A stretch of DNA of 64,000 nucleotides from Octopus sinensis (GCF_006345805.1 NC_043023.1:2294001-2358000), one strand, 5' to 3'; shown: positions 39,559 to 53,449, counted from the first letter of the stretch. The notes: generated by a model from the sequence alone, not told the origin. Translations and numbers: made by a program.

Positions 39559-41789
39559 AAAATCATTATCATCATATATATATCAATCTATATCTGCTTG
39601 TGCCTATCTTTCCTTCTCTCTCTCACTTTGTCCTTCTCTTCCTCTTTCTCTCTCACTATCTATCTTCTCTATCACCCTCTTCCTATTCCCTCTCTACAGC
39701 TTAATTCTTCACACCCATCCTCCCCACCACCAAACACATCACCATCCCCACAGAACATTGATAGCTATCTCTCCTCTCCTTCCTCCCATCCTTTCATCCA
39801 AAATTTCTCCACCCAACTCTACCCCACTTGTTTCAACATATCATCACTTGCTTCCCCCTCAGTAACTAAATTCCCTCTCACTTTCTCAAAGACACATTCA
39901 CTTCCCCAGAGAAAATCAATAACTATTCTTTTCTCCTTCTGTTCCCTTCCTTTTACATTTTACTTGTTGCAGTCACTGGACTACGACCATGTTGAAGGAT
40001 TTTGTCAGATATATCAATGCTAGTACTTATTGTTTTTAAAGTCTGGTACTTATACTATTGGTCTCTTTTGCTGAACTGCTATATAATGGTAATGTAAACA
40101 AACCAACACGGGTTTCAAGCTGCGATGAGGAACAAACACAAAGACACACATATACACATACACACACACACACACACCCACACACACACACAGATAACCA
40201 AAGAAGGAACCCCTACACATAATTGTGTGTGTGTGTATATATATATATATATACATATGATGGGCTTCTGCTCAGTTTCCATCTACCAAATTCACACACA
40301 AAGCATTGGTTGGTTAGGGCTATTGTAAAGGACACTTAACCAATTAGGCACGCAGTGGGACTGAACCCAGAACCATGGTGGTTGCAAAATGAGCTTCTTA
40401 ACCCCACCCCAATCTATCTATGTTTCTTCTTCCCCCCCCTCTCTGTATATATATCTTCTGTTGATTCTGTGTCTGAAAAATTTTTGATAGGAGATATCTT
40501 ACATGTTTCTCCAACATGTACAATTTTGTACTTCCTATTAGCAAATGAAACATGTGTAATGGTGAAGACATAATACCAAAACATTTTTCCTATCTTCTGT
40601 TTTGATGTATAATTACTCTGCAAACAATATTTCCAGTATTTTCACCCCTTACACATACCTCTCACATTTCCCTTCATTAGGAATCAATTACAACTATCTC
40701 TTTTTTCCTTCAGACCCCTAAATTTCTAACCTCAACCCCTTCATTTCATTTCTCTCCCTTACTCACTCTTTCTGCCACTTCTGTCTTTCACTGTCGTATT
40801 CCCAACTCTATATCTCCTTTCTTTCTTAAGGAACACTTCTAGCTCCCTCTACCATCTATTTGATCCCTAAATTTGTTTCCTGCCTCTGGCCTTCTCCACC
40901 TGACATATCTATTTATCAGCACGCAGCAACTAAACTCCCTTTTCTCTCTCTCTCTCTCTGGCCCTCTCTCTCTCCCTGGCCCTTTTTCTCTTTCCCTGGC
41001 CCTCTCTCTCTTTCTCTTCTCTCTCCACTGCTCTTCTTCTACCCTTTCCCCTTTCTCTCCTTTCCTTTATCTCTGCTTAACCCTAATCCTAATCCCTCCC
41101 TTTCTCTGCTTTTCCCCTTACTCTATCTCTTCCCCCTCTTTCTCTGTCATGTCCCCAATCCCTACATCTCTTTCTCAGGAGATACTAGCAACTATCTGCC
41201 TCCTGCTTTTTCTCACTCAACCCCTAAATTTTCCCACTCAACCCCTTACATTTTCATCCCTTGTTTCCACACACTACCTTCCCATCCTTCCCTAGTAACT
41301 AAAGTGTCCTCTCTTTCCTTTCATTATTAAGCCCTTACCTTCTACACTACCCTTCATTATAGAAAAATTGGAGTTACCCTTTTTTCCCTTCAGGGCCTTA
41401 AATTTCTCTGCTCAATCCCTTCATCTCCACTGCCCATTTCCTTCCACATGTCACCACTTCTTGCCCCCACAAACAAAGCTGTCTTTTTCTCCAAGGAATC
41501 CCTTGTAGCTAACTTCCCCCTACTTCTCAGACACCTAAATTTCTCCACTTGACCCTTTCATCTCTTTCTTTCCTTTCCGCTTCTCCAATCCTATTCTCCC
41601 TCAGAAACAAAGACCCTATTTTGTCTGTCTGTTTGTCTTTTTCTCTCCCCTTCTCTCACTCTCTCTCACTCTGTCTGTTTCCTCAAAGAACACTTGTAGC
41701 TATCTCTCTCCTACTTTCTCTCACAAACTAATCCCTTTCTCTCTCTCTCTCTCTCTCTCACTAATCTCTCTCCCTCTCACTGTCTCTCA

Positions 41790-42210
41790 TTCTTATTTCT
41801 TTATTGCTCACAAGGGGCTAAACACAGAGGGGACAAACAAGAACAGGCAAAGGGATTAAGTCGATTATATCGACCCCAGTGCATAAATGGTACTTAATTT
41901 ATCGGTCTCCGCAAGGATGAAAGGTAAAGTCGACCTCAACGGAATTTGAACTCAACACATAAAGACAGACGAAATACCTATTTCTTTACTACCCACAAGG
42001 AGCTAAACACAGAGAGGACAAACAAGGACAGACAAATGGATGAAGTCGATTACATTGACTCCAGTGCATAACTGGTACTTGATTTATCAACTCCGAAAGG
42101 ATGGAAGGCAAAGTCGATCTCAGTGGAATTTGAACTCAGAACGTAACAGCAGACGAAATACAGCTATGCATTTTGCCTGGTGTGCTAACAATTCTGCCAG
42201 CTCGCTGCCT
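41790..42210 (-). mobile_element. SINE family B dimer
   Basis: One head, two bodies. Confidence 0.85.
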
Positions 42211-42916
42211 TATTCTCTCATCCTCTCTGTCAAAGAACACTTGTAGTTATCTCTCTCCTACTCCATCTCACTAACTAATCCCTTTCTCATTCTCTCTCCC
42301 TCTCTCTCACTAACTAATCTCTTTCTCCTTCTCCCTCTCCCTCTCCCTATCAAGCTCTATGTTTCCCCAAAAGACACTTGTAGCTATCTCTCCTTCATCA
42401 ACCCACATCCTTAAATTGTCCCACACTGATCCTACATCTTTTGTTTCAATATATTTCCATTCCCACACTCTCTCAGTAACTACACCTGCCTCCCTTCCTC
42501 TCCTCTTTCTCTCCCTCACTTCCCCCTTTCTCTCGTTCTGTCTTTCCCCTTCTCTCTATGTCAGGTCCTAAACCATTTCCCCACTTGTAGCTAACTCACT
42601 CTCTCATTTCTCTCTGGAGCTGATGAGAAAGGAGGAGGGACTACAATCCTTCACTTGACCTTGCTATCTCCACAACTTGTTTCCACATATTATATCTCCT
42701 ATCCCTCTCAATAATTAAGCTTTCTTCTTATGTGTGTATACACGTATATAGATATGGGTATATATGTGTATATGTGTATATATCTACACATATACATATA
42801 TAAATACACATATATCAATATATGTATAAATGTGTGTGTGTATATATATATATATATGTGCGTGTGTGTGTGTACATGTATATATGTATGTATATATATA
42901 TATATATGTATGTGCG

Positions 42917-43021
<105 letters not shown>

Positions 43022-43051
43022 GTATGTATATATATATATATATATGTATGC

Positions 43052-43090
<39 letters not shown>

Positions 43091-43659
43091 CAAACACATA
43101 TATCTTCCCCCTCTCTCTCTCTTGTAGACAATCCTCCAACAGAGAAGGCACTTCTGTCCTATTCACCTCTGCCCCATCCCTGATATATCACCACTCTTAC
43201 ACACACACACACACACAAGACATACAATCACTCACACACATTCTTAACCCGCCTCCTGTTTCCGAAAGCAAACCTCCTGCCCCGCCCTTCCACCAACACT
43301 AAATAGGTCTCCCCCACCACCACCACCACCACCACCACTATCTCGTCCATCAATTTCTTTCATCGTACACACCACCACCACCATCGCCACCCCTGCCACA
43401 TCCTCGCCATAATGGTTTCAGACACAAAACTAATTTCTCCGTCGAAATGCATTTATAAAAAGATTTAATCACGAATTGTTATTTACATACGTACCTCTCA
43501 GATGTACGGAGATGTGTGTATATTTGTGTGTGTACGGATGAGGTGTGTATATATCGGTATGTAGACACACAAGCTTACACATGCACAAGCAAATTTATAT
43601 ATATATATGTGCGTGTGTGTATGTGTATATATATACACACACAATATATATTTATATAT

Positions 43660-44068
43660 AGGTGCAGGAGTGGCTGTGTGGTAAGTAGCTTGCTAACCAA
43701 CCACATGGTTCCGGGTTCAGTCCCATTGCGTGGCATCTTGGGCAAGTGTCTTTTACCATAGCCTCGGGCCGACCAATGCCTTGTGAGTGGATTTGGTAGA
43801 CGGAAACTGAAAGTAGTCTGTCGTATATATGTATATATATGTATGTGTGTGTGTATGTTTGTGTGTCTGTGTTTGTCCCCCTAGCATTGCTTGACAACCG
43901 ATGCTGGTGTGTTTATGTCCCCATCACTTAGCGGTTTGGCAAAATGAGACCGATAGAATAAGTACTGGGCTTACAAAGAATAAGTCCCGGGGTCGATTTG
44001 TTCGACTAAAAGGCGGTGCTCCAGCATGGCCGCAGTCAAATGACTGAAACAAGTAAAAGATAAAAGAT
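43660..44068 (+). mobile_element. SINE family A
   Basis: Full-length match. Confidence 0.88.
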
Positions 44069-44076
44069 ATATATAC

Positions 44077-44108
<32 letters not shown>

Positions 44109-44189
44109 GTGTGTGTATATATATATATTATATATATATATATATTATATATATATACATATATATATGTGTATATATATATATATATA

Positions 44190-44300
44190 TGAAGGGATAT
44201 CTATAATATCCCAGAAACAGCTGTAAGTCCACATCTATATTTTTTTCCTTATAAATGTCCTGAAAACTACTCGCTGCCTTGGCTTTGTTATTCCATTTTG
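44190..44300 (+). mobile_element. Truncated HHR-bearing fragment in (TA)n
   Basis: tga-agggata/tctataa/tatccc-a-GAAA-cagctg-TA: stem II, GAAA and palindromic stem III; 5' core lost. Confidence 0.45.
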
Positions 44301-44480
44301 TCTAATATATATATATATATATAGAAGGCAAGATAAGCACTGAGGGGCATTGAAAGCATAAACGTCTGTAAGAAATGTTGTGTCATGTTTTGTATTAAAA
44401 AATAATCTACAAATGTGGCCCAATTTGTTTGTTTGTTGATCAAAAGTTTTCTCCATTTTCTGATTATTTAAACTTATATG

Positions 44481-44526
<46 letters not shown>

Positions 44527-44532
<6 letters not shown>

Positions 44533-44720
44533 GACATTTACAGAAGAACAAAAGATGACAGGTGTATAAATGACAAGCAGGTGTATTAGTTTGACACTTG
44601 GGAAAGTGAGAAAGTCTTTTAAGTTTTAAGTTGAAAGTTTTGAGCGTATGCTCTTCAACAGAAAGAAATAAGAGAAAATAAACAGAAAGAGAATAAAAAA
44701 ACTTGGAGATTTACCGATCA
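44527..44720 (-). mobile_element. Penelope-type terminus, same family as 31649-31860
   Basis: gagcgtatgctcttcaacagaaag and gtattagt blocks shared; abuts (TA)n. Confidence 0.65.
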
Positions 44721-44899
44721 TACACAGACGCATGACAGATTCTCCTATCAATTTCAACATATGAAGGCCTGGGGGCTTTGTATAATTGTTATTACTTGTT
44801 TTCGTGTTGTTGATGTGACTTTAATCCTGCTGAGGATTTGCAAAATTGTCCACGCTGAAGACGGGACATGAAACCATTACAACCATCCTCTGGGGTCGC

Positions 44900-45190
44900 A
44901 TTTCTGCATTTTGCCCTAGTTTTCTTTTTTGAATATGAATCAATCGTTGACTTCCAAAGTTTTGAATAGCTTCACAACAGGTTGTTCTACATTTGCCTCA
45001 CTCTTGGGCAAGTTCTTCAAAGAATGCAATCGAGACAACCACTCATTTGAGGTTTTTTCTTCAGTTTAGACTTAAACTGGAAAAATGGTCTTGCAACATT
45101 TTTCTTACCCTCTGCAAGCTGGCAATACAAAAACCACTTTGGATTCTTATCAATGCACAAGATACATCCTGCCCAACGAAGTTGTGATTG
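44900..45190 (-). mobile_element. RTE-clade LINE fragment
   Basis: Minus translation QSQLRWAGCIL..PKWFLYCQLAEGKKNVARP resembles RTE QLRWAGHV..PKQLLYGEL..GKR..GRP. Confidence 0.7.
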
Positions 45191-45194
45191 TATA

Positions 45195-45740
45195 TCATCA
45201 TCATCATCATCATCATCATTTAGCGTCCGTTTTCCATGCTAGCATGGGTTGGACGGTTCAACTGGGGTCTGGGGAGCCCGAAGGCTGCACCAGGCCAGTC
45301 AGATCTGGCAGTGTTTCTACAGCTGGATGCCCTTCCTAACGCCAACCACTCCGAGAGTGTAGTGGGTGATTTTATGTGCCACCGACACAGGTGCCAGACG
45401 AGGCTGGCGAACGGCCACGCTCAGATGCTGTTTTTATGTGCCACCGACACAGGTGCCAGACGAGGCTGGCAACGGCCACGCTCGGATGGTGTTTTTATGT
45501 GCCACCGACACAGGTGCCAGACGAGGCTGGCAGACGGCCACGCTCGGATGGTGTTTTTATGTGCCACCGACACAGGTGCCAGATGAGGCTGGCGGACGGC
45601 CACGATCGGATGGTGTTTGTTACGTCCCCAAAGCACGGAGGCCAGTCTATGCGGTACTGGCTACGGCCACGTTCGGATGATTTTCTTGTGTGCCACCGGC
45701 ACTGGTACCACAAAGATACAAATTCCATTGATGTTCATCT
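45195..45740 (-). mobile_element. Repeat family C with four near-identical ~61-bp internal modules
   Basis: ttttatgtgccaccgacacaggtgccagacgaggctgg repeated across 45370-45620. Confidence 0.8.
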
Positions 45741-46309
45741 ATTTTGATTTGTTTTGATTTGATTTAAATAAATGGAGTTTAGCGCAGGTATAAATCAAAT
45801 ACTTTTACTTTCGACACATGTTTTGAAGATTTCACTGATATTATTCAAAAGAATAAATGGTATAAAACAATGCAATCTTCTCTTCAGGGAAGTGAAAAAA
45901 CGAAACTCGTCAATAAGACATTTTAACTGAAAATGATGGATTTGTATAGCGATTAACTGAACGCTATTAATATTGTTTAAAAAAACGTTATATGATATAA
46001 CGTCAGAAGTAGTCAATAGAAAGAGTAGGGATATTTTTTAGTAAATGTTAAATATAAAGGAAATTAAAGTTTAAATTATATGAACTAAAGGTGTGTTTTT
46101 GCCAATATTTACATCGGTATGCACGCTCTATAACCGTGTTTACAAGGGGATTTATATATATATATATTAAAATGGAGCACTCCATCGGTTACGTTGAAGA
46201 GGGTCCCAGCTGATACAGTCAATGGAACAGCTTACTCGTGAGATTAACCTGCAAGTGGCTGAGTACTCCACAGACACATGTACCCTTAACTACAGTTTTC
46301 ACTTCCTTG

Positions 46310-46634
46310 TCACTGGAATAATTTAGTGCCTTCAGACTATCATCTCTTCAGTCCCATGAAAGAGGGTTTGAGAGGCAAACATTATTCCAGTGACGAGGAA
46401 GTGAAAACTGTAGTGAAGAAGTGGCTCAAAGAACAGTCAACAGAATTTTACAGGACAGGATACATGCTCTCATTCGAAGGTGGAACATTGCTATTGAAAG
46501 AAATGGTGACTATGTTGAGAAGTAGGGATGTGATCCACAGAGGACCAGCTTCATTTTGATGTATGATACATGTTCCTGTGTTGGTAATTATACTTGTCCT
46601 AAACAAAATGGCGTTACTTTTTGACTCACCCTCA
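46310..46634 (+). mobile_element. mariner 3' fragment with terminal inverted repeat (TIR)
   Basis: PSDYHLFSPMKEGLRGKHYSSDEEVK..RWNIAIERNGDYVEK*; ends ttactttttgactcaccctca-TA. Confidence 0.8.
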
Positions 46635-46801
46635 TATATATATGTATGTATGTATGTATAGGTTTGTGGTGTATCTATATGCATGTAAGAGATTTTAGAA
46701 CTGGCTATTTGCTCATTATGAGATCAGCTGCTATCTGCCACTTCTCTGTTTATATATTGTGAGTAGGGATGATTGACTGCCATCTCTTGCAGGCAGGTAT
46801 C

Positions 46802-46845
46802 CGGTACTGATGAAGGGTAAAGACTCAGAAACCAAGATGTACTGT
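46802..46845 (+). ncRNA. Hammerhead-like motif
   Basis: CTGATGA-agggt/aaag/actc-a-GAAAC..GTA; stem I and III register ambiguous. Confidence 0.4.
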
Positions 46846-47540
46846 TCTTGCCAAGATAGAGGGGAGTGATTCACTCCATTACTTTCAATATATCTGACAT
46901 AGGTCGTGTGTCGTTAGCCAGCTGGAAAAGATGTTTTCCTGAGGTTAAAATGTAGCTTTTTGGTTTTTTTTTTTTGTCTTTGTTGCCATACACATTCGGT
47001 AACGTTCTTACGAAGGGGTCTAATGTTCTTAGCTTAGACATTTTGGTGGAACAACGAGATTGAACTGTCTCAAGTGTAACTGTACAAAATGGTCATGACT
47101 TCTGATACTTGACTGATGAAAGAAAGCCAAGAATGATCCGTCTTCTTTTGCCTGTCCTTCTAATTGTTGCTTCTCTTGTCCGCCTTTTTATCATCTGTCT
47201 GTCTGAATGTTTTATTGTCGTCTATTGCATTTTTGTTCCATTGATAGATATATATATCATCATCATCATCATCGTTTAACATCTGCTTTCTATGCTGGCA
47301 TGGGTTGGACAATTTGACTGAGGTCTGGCGAACCAGATGACAGCACCAGGCTCCAATCTGATCTGGCAGAGTTTCTACAGCTGGATGCCCTTCCTAATGC
47401 CAACCACTCCAAGAGTGTAGTGGGTGCTTTTACGTGCCAGCGGCATGAGGGCCAGTCAGGCGGCAGTGGCAATGACCTCACTCGACTGTATTTTCATATA
47501 TATACGTATATATATATAATATCTATCTATCTATCTATGA

Positions 47541-47583
<43 letters not shown>

Positions 47584-48250
47584 GCACACATACACACAAC
47601 ACTTCTCTATATCTCTTTCACTTCTTTTCCCTGTCTCAGCCTGTCACATCCAATTCCAGAAACAATCATCACTCACTCCCTCACTCTTTCTCTCTTACTT
47701 ATTTCTAGCATTCCTCTTACCCCATGACCACAAAAAAAAAAGACCCACCCACCCACCCATCTCCCTACCTTCTTTTGTTGGCTCACAGAATTCTCTGCTA
47801 GATTTAATGGTAAAACCAGGCAGCTGGAATCTCAAATACGACAAATATGGATTAAAATTTTGAAAACCGGATTAGGAATTACGTCTGCAATAATCTCTGT
47901 TTAGGCTCTGTTAATGAAAGATTTAAGTGATAGTCTTGTAATGGCGCTTTCAATGTCGAGGCCAAAGTCTTTATCGTTGGGCTAAGCAGTACTGATCACA
48001 CGACAGGCCAGGTTATTGTCAATTAAGCCTGCATTATGCTTTGTGTGCGTGTATGTGTGTTGCTATGTGAGTGTGTGGTTATGTGCTAGGGCAAATCTAT
48101 ATATGGATATATATATATGTATACGTATGTATATGTATGTGTGTTTGTGTCTGTCTATAATTGTGTATATTTATGTTTATATCTCTGTGTGTGTGTATGT
48201 ATAGGTATGTACAAATGTGCGTGTCTGTAAATAAATAATAGACATGTATA

Positions 48251-48284
<34 letters not shown>

Positions 48285-48369
48285 ACCTGTGCTAGCACAG
48301 AAAATGGACGTTAAACGATGATGATGATGATACATATACATATACATATATATATATGTATATATGTAA

Positions 48370-48423
<54 letters not shown>

Positions 48424-48809
48424 CACACACACACATATATATATATATATCTAGATTGATAAATAGATAGTAGATAGATAGACAGATGTAAATATGTATG
48501 TAGACATATCTTTATATGTGTGTGTTTTTGTGTAGATATATATATATACACACACACACATACACTAACAATCAAATCTATACATATGTCAAACTTGTTT
48601 CATTCTATACATTTGTGTCTGCAGTCTATCGTAACAATGTTTTACCTGCATGCATATGAGTGTGTGTTTATATATTAATGTACATACATGAGTGTGAATG
48701 TGTGCATATATATATATGTATATATATGTGTGTGTGTGTATGTATGTGCTACAGGTGTTGAAATACGTCGACAATCATAGTGATTTTTGAAATAAAGAAT
48801 ATTGTCCAT

Positions 48810-49228
48810 AGGTATGGCTGTGTGGTAAGAAGCTTGCTTCCCAACCACATGGTTCTGGGTTCAGTCTCACTGCATGACACCTTGGGCATGTCTCTTCTAC
48901 TATAGCCTCGGGCTGAGCAAAGCCTTGTGAGTGGATTCAGTTGGCAGAAACTGAAAGAAGCTTTCAGTTTAAAGGCGGTAAGCTGGTAGAAACGTTAGCA
49001 CACCGGGCGAAATGCTTAGCGATATATCATCTGCCACCACGTTCTGAGTTCAAATTCCGCCGAGGTCGACTTTGCCTTTCATCCTTTTGGGATTGATTAA
49101 AGAAGTACCAGTTAAACACTGGGGTTGATGTGATCGACTTGATCCCTTTGTCTGTCCTTGTTTGTCCCCTCTGTATGTAGCCCCTTGTGGGCAATAAAGA
49201 AATCAGAATCTGAAAGAAGCTTGTCATA
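48810..49228 (+). mobile_element. SINE A 5' half with a nested SINE B (48972-49203)
   Basis: 19-bp duplication cagaa(a/t)ctgaaagaagctt flanks the B copy. Confidence 0.8.
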
Positions 49229-49379
49229 TATTATATTTATAAAAATTTATCACGAGGAGTTATAGGTGGGCAATTTAAAATGGTCATGTGCATACGTGCA
49301 TATATATGTATGTATACATTCATGTATGTAAGTATTTGTATGTTATATATATATATGTGCGTGTGTATTTATGTTGCTA

Positions 49380-49590
49380 TATGTGTATATTCCACTGATG
49401 AAGGCAGAGCATTTCTTATGCAGAGTCAGAAATCCGGGATCTGGAATTATCCAGTAAGTTTTTGCTAGTTTATTTTGTCTCTTTGTCTTCTCTCCTGGTG
49501 CTGTATGAACATTTAATATGGTTTTAGAGTCAAGTTTTAGCTGCTATTTCCAGTGTGGTGGTATCTCTTAGATACCCTAAATTATATATA
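49380..49590 (+). mobile_element. HHR-bearing ~200-bp element
   Basis: ttcca-CTGATGA-aggc..gcat/ttctt/atgc..gtca-GAAA-tccggga-TC-tggaa (49390-49446). Confidence 0.65.
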
Positions 49591-50944
49591 AATTTGTATA
49601 TATATCACGTGATCACCGTGACTGACCAGGCTAGCAGATGTTGCTACACATCGCTGGTCACAATGCATTTTGCATTGTTTTAGCCTTCAAATGACGCCAC
49701 CCCGGTGGCTAAGCGAGCAGGCCAACAGAAGAAAGAGTGAGAGAAAGTTGTGGGGAAAGAGTACAGCTGGGATCGCCACCACCCCCTGCAGGAGCCTCGT
49801 GGAGCTTTAGGTGTTTATATATATATGTACCTATATATGTGTGTGTTTGTGTCAGTGCTTGTCCCCCATCACTGTGGCACATAAAAAGCACCATCCGATC
49901 GTGGCCGTTGCCAGCCTTGCCTGGCCCCCATGCTGGTGGCACGTAAAAAGCACCATCCGATCATGGACGTTTGTCAGCCCCGTCTGGCAGCTGTGCCGGT
50001 GGCATGAAAAAAGCACCCACTACACTCACGGAGTGGTCGGCGTTAGGAAGGGCTGAATGCCCTTACTAAGAAACATTGCCAGATCTGACTGGGCCTGGTG
50101 CAGCCTTCTGGCTTCCCAGACCCCAGTTGAACCATCCAACCCATGCTAGCATGGAAAATGGACGCTAATCGAAGATGATGATGATGATGATGTAAAGCAT
50201 AATATGTTATACATGTATGTATATTGTTGTAATTTTAGTAAATAAATAAATAAATTGACATAATATGTCTAAAAGTTGATGAACCACTTACTGCATTGTC
50301 AGAAGTTTTCCTATTTTCCCTGTTTTTATCCTTTCTTTGATATTAGAATGTGTCAAGCGAATTACAATGGTCTTCTTGCAAGTTACTTGGTGACCCCACC
50401 AGTGTTGGTGCCACTTAAAAAGCACCCAGTCCACACTGTAAAGGGGTTGACCTTAGGAAGGGCATCTGGCTGTAAAAGCCATGCCAAACTCACCTTGACC
50501 ACGCTTGTGTCACGTAAAAAGCAATAACCACTCTGCTGGGTGGTTGGGACTAGGAAGGGCCTCCAGCCATAAAAACCCTGCCAAAATAGACTGAGGACTG
50601 GTGCAGGCTCCTACCTGACCAGCTCCTGTCAAGCCATCCAACCCATGCCAGCATGGAAAAACAGATGTTAAACGATGAGGATGCGGGTAATGATGATGGC
50701 TATATGCAACCCTGTCTCTCATCTATATTTCTTTATTTTCTTTCCCTCTCTCTCTTGTTTTCTCTTCCTTTTGTTTCTCTCTCCAACACTCTCTCTCTCT
50801 ATTGTCTCTACCCCTCTCTATCTCTCTTTCTTCCCCTTTCCCTATCTCTCTTTCTAGGGTTGTCTCTAGCATTATCTCTCTTTACATCTTCATTTCCTCT
50901 CTCCAAAATTCCCCTTGCACTCTCTCTTTCTATCTATCTATCTG

Positions 50945-50978
<34 letters not shown>

Positions 50979-51096
50979 GATAGATAGATAGATATATAGG
51001 TAGATAGATAGCAACACAGACACACACGTATATATATATATATATATATATAATTACGTGTGTGTCTATGTTTATGTCTATCTATCTATTTATTTA

Positions 51097-51135
<39 letters not shown>

Positions 51136-51549
51136 CTGTCTATCTATCTTTCTCTGTCTCCCTTTTTGTTCCTCTCTTTCACTCTGATCTACTCCCCCAC
51201 ATATGCCTTAGACACATTCCTCCCCCCCACCTCTACTTTGTTCTTATCTGAGGTAGTGGTCATGTCGCCTCAGGGTAAGGATAATGTGCAGAACAATTTA
51301 CCCTGGGGCTGAATTTGCATTTCTAAATGGGGTGCTGGTATTTGATAGGTAAGTGGGTACACAGTGTACAGAGATGGTGGTGGTGGTGGTGGCAGAACTG
51401 GCTTGTTGGCTGGTTAGCTAGTTGGGCAGGTAGGTAGGTAAGAAGGTAGACAGGTGGGTAGACATGACGGGTGGGTGATTAGTTAGGTGAGCATTTAAAT
51501 ACCTCAGTGGACAGGTGGGTTAAGGAAGGTGAGGTAGGATAGAAGGGTC

Positions 51550-52062
51550 GGTGATGGTGGTGGTGGTGGTAGTGGTGACAGTTGTGGTGAGAGCAGTATA
51601 GGTTCAGGCGGTGGTGGTGGATGTGGTAGTGGTAGAAGTAGTGGTGGTGTTGGTGGTAGTAGTTATGAATGGTATTGAGAGTGGCGGTGTTAGTAGTGGT
51701 CATGGCATGGTGGTTGTGATGGTGTTGATGGTTGTGGTAGCTGCGTTGGTGTTGGTAATAGTGATGTTGATGATGATGATGATGGTAGTGGTGGTGTTAG
51801 TGGCGATGGTGGTGGTAGTGGTGATGGTGATTATTGTTAGTGATGGCAGAGGTAATGATGGTGGTGGTTGTGGTGGTAATGATGGTAATAGTGGTGGTGG
51901 TAGTGATGGTGGTGGTTGTGGTGGTAGTACTAGTAATGGTTAGTGATGGTTGTAGTGGTGGTGGTGGTGAGGGGAATGTTGGTGGTGGTGTCCACCAGCA
52001 TGGACAGTCATATAAGTAGGTGTTGGTAATAGTGATGTTGATGATGATGATGATGATGATGG
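51550..52062. repeat. (GGT/GAT)n degenerate microsatellite
   Basis: Visible directly. Confidence 0.9.
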
Positions 52063-52139
52063 GTTGAAAACTTGCTTTTAACATTTCACTTAATGTCTAT
52101 GTTCTATGCTGGCATGAGTTGGAGAGTTATTAATGTAGA

Positions 52140-52245
52140 AAGTTGGTATCTCAGCTACTAGCAGTTGAGACCTGCGTAATCTAGACAGCGTTTTTAAATT
52201 TCATTATTCTCTTTAACCCAGGCAACGCCAGGTATATCTGCTAGT
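52140..52245 (+). mobile_element. Helitron 3' end
   Basis: cccaggcaacgccagg hairpin remnant followed by CTAG|T. Confidence 0.5.
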
Positions 52246-53449
52246 ATATATATAATTTATATAGTATATAAATTATATTTAGGTGTATCTTTCAAATGCC
52301 TTCACTTTAGTGTGCTGAGATCGGAAACTACTCTGCAGTTATATGATTTGTAGAACTTTATGCATGCTGGATTTCAGTTGAGTGTTCTGTGTCTAGTTCT
52401 GGAAATTGTGTTTTGTAAATGACAGACTATGCTGATGATCTTGCAGATGTTTGCGAGTCCATATACGTAAATATTAACAAGTGAAATGAATGGTACATAG
52501 GTAATCGTTTTTTATTTCATATATTTTCATTTGCCTTGCTTATTTTTACATTATGGTTTTTTGCTGAGATTTTTCTTAAGAACACATTCTTCATGGTAAT
52601 GGCGATTTGACATCTATGTTTAGCATATAGGTTGTCCACTTTCAGTGGTCAGTCCTCTAAATTTTATATATTATGTATGTATGTATGTATATATATATGC
52701 TTATCCACCATTGCAGTGTTGAGCACTCATTCTCATTGTTCGACATTTATGTGTGTATAGTGCAAATGTGACAAAAAATTCAGCACAAAACGGAGTAAGA
52801 AATGAAGACAGAGTTGGTATTATTTTGCTAATCAAGAAATAGGGAACAAAAGAAATGTCTTTTATGTTTTGCATAATCACTCTTCTTCTTGAAAATAGGA
52901 TAGACACGCAGAGAAAAAAGAGCGGAGAAGGAAAATTGGGGACATTAAAATGGATGTGTGTCGACCTACAAATATGCATGCACACACATGAAATCGCAAT
53001 GTCCCCCTTTAATTACATAAAGATTTCCAAACATATAAACGCATACAGCCTTACACAAGATTATCAAAGAAAACATTTAATCCTTTGCAAGACCCGACAC
53101 CCACCACCTAATATAATGTCGTCATATTTACATCTATAAACCTTGTCGAATTCCTCTCCTTCAATTTCTCATTAGTGGTCGGCATCGGGTCTTTAGAACT
53201 CTCAAACATTTTAAACCTTTTATCTTCCCAAATAAACGATAACTTCCCCCATTTTATAATTCCACATAACCTTCTCCCATTTAAAATATACTTTGAATTC
53301 TGAACTTATCTTTTAACACACTGCCTTCTTTAGCTTAAATTGGATTTTGCAAAAATAAAAAAAAATAATAAATTAATTCTGCCAAATATTTTATGCTGAT
53401 ATAAACCTACTTTGTTCTCTGTGTCATTTTTTTCCTCTCATATCTCTTA

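Noticed and set aside
44825-44880. ctgagga/ctgaaga..gaaac motif, and ctgatga near 47113
   Set aside because: I could not build consistent stems I-III by eye
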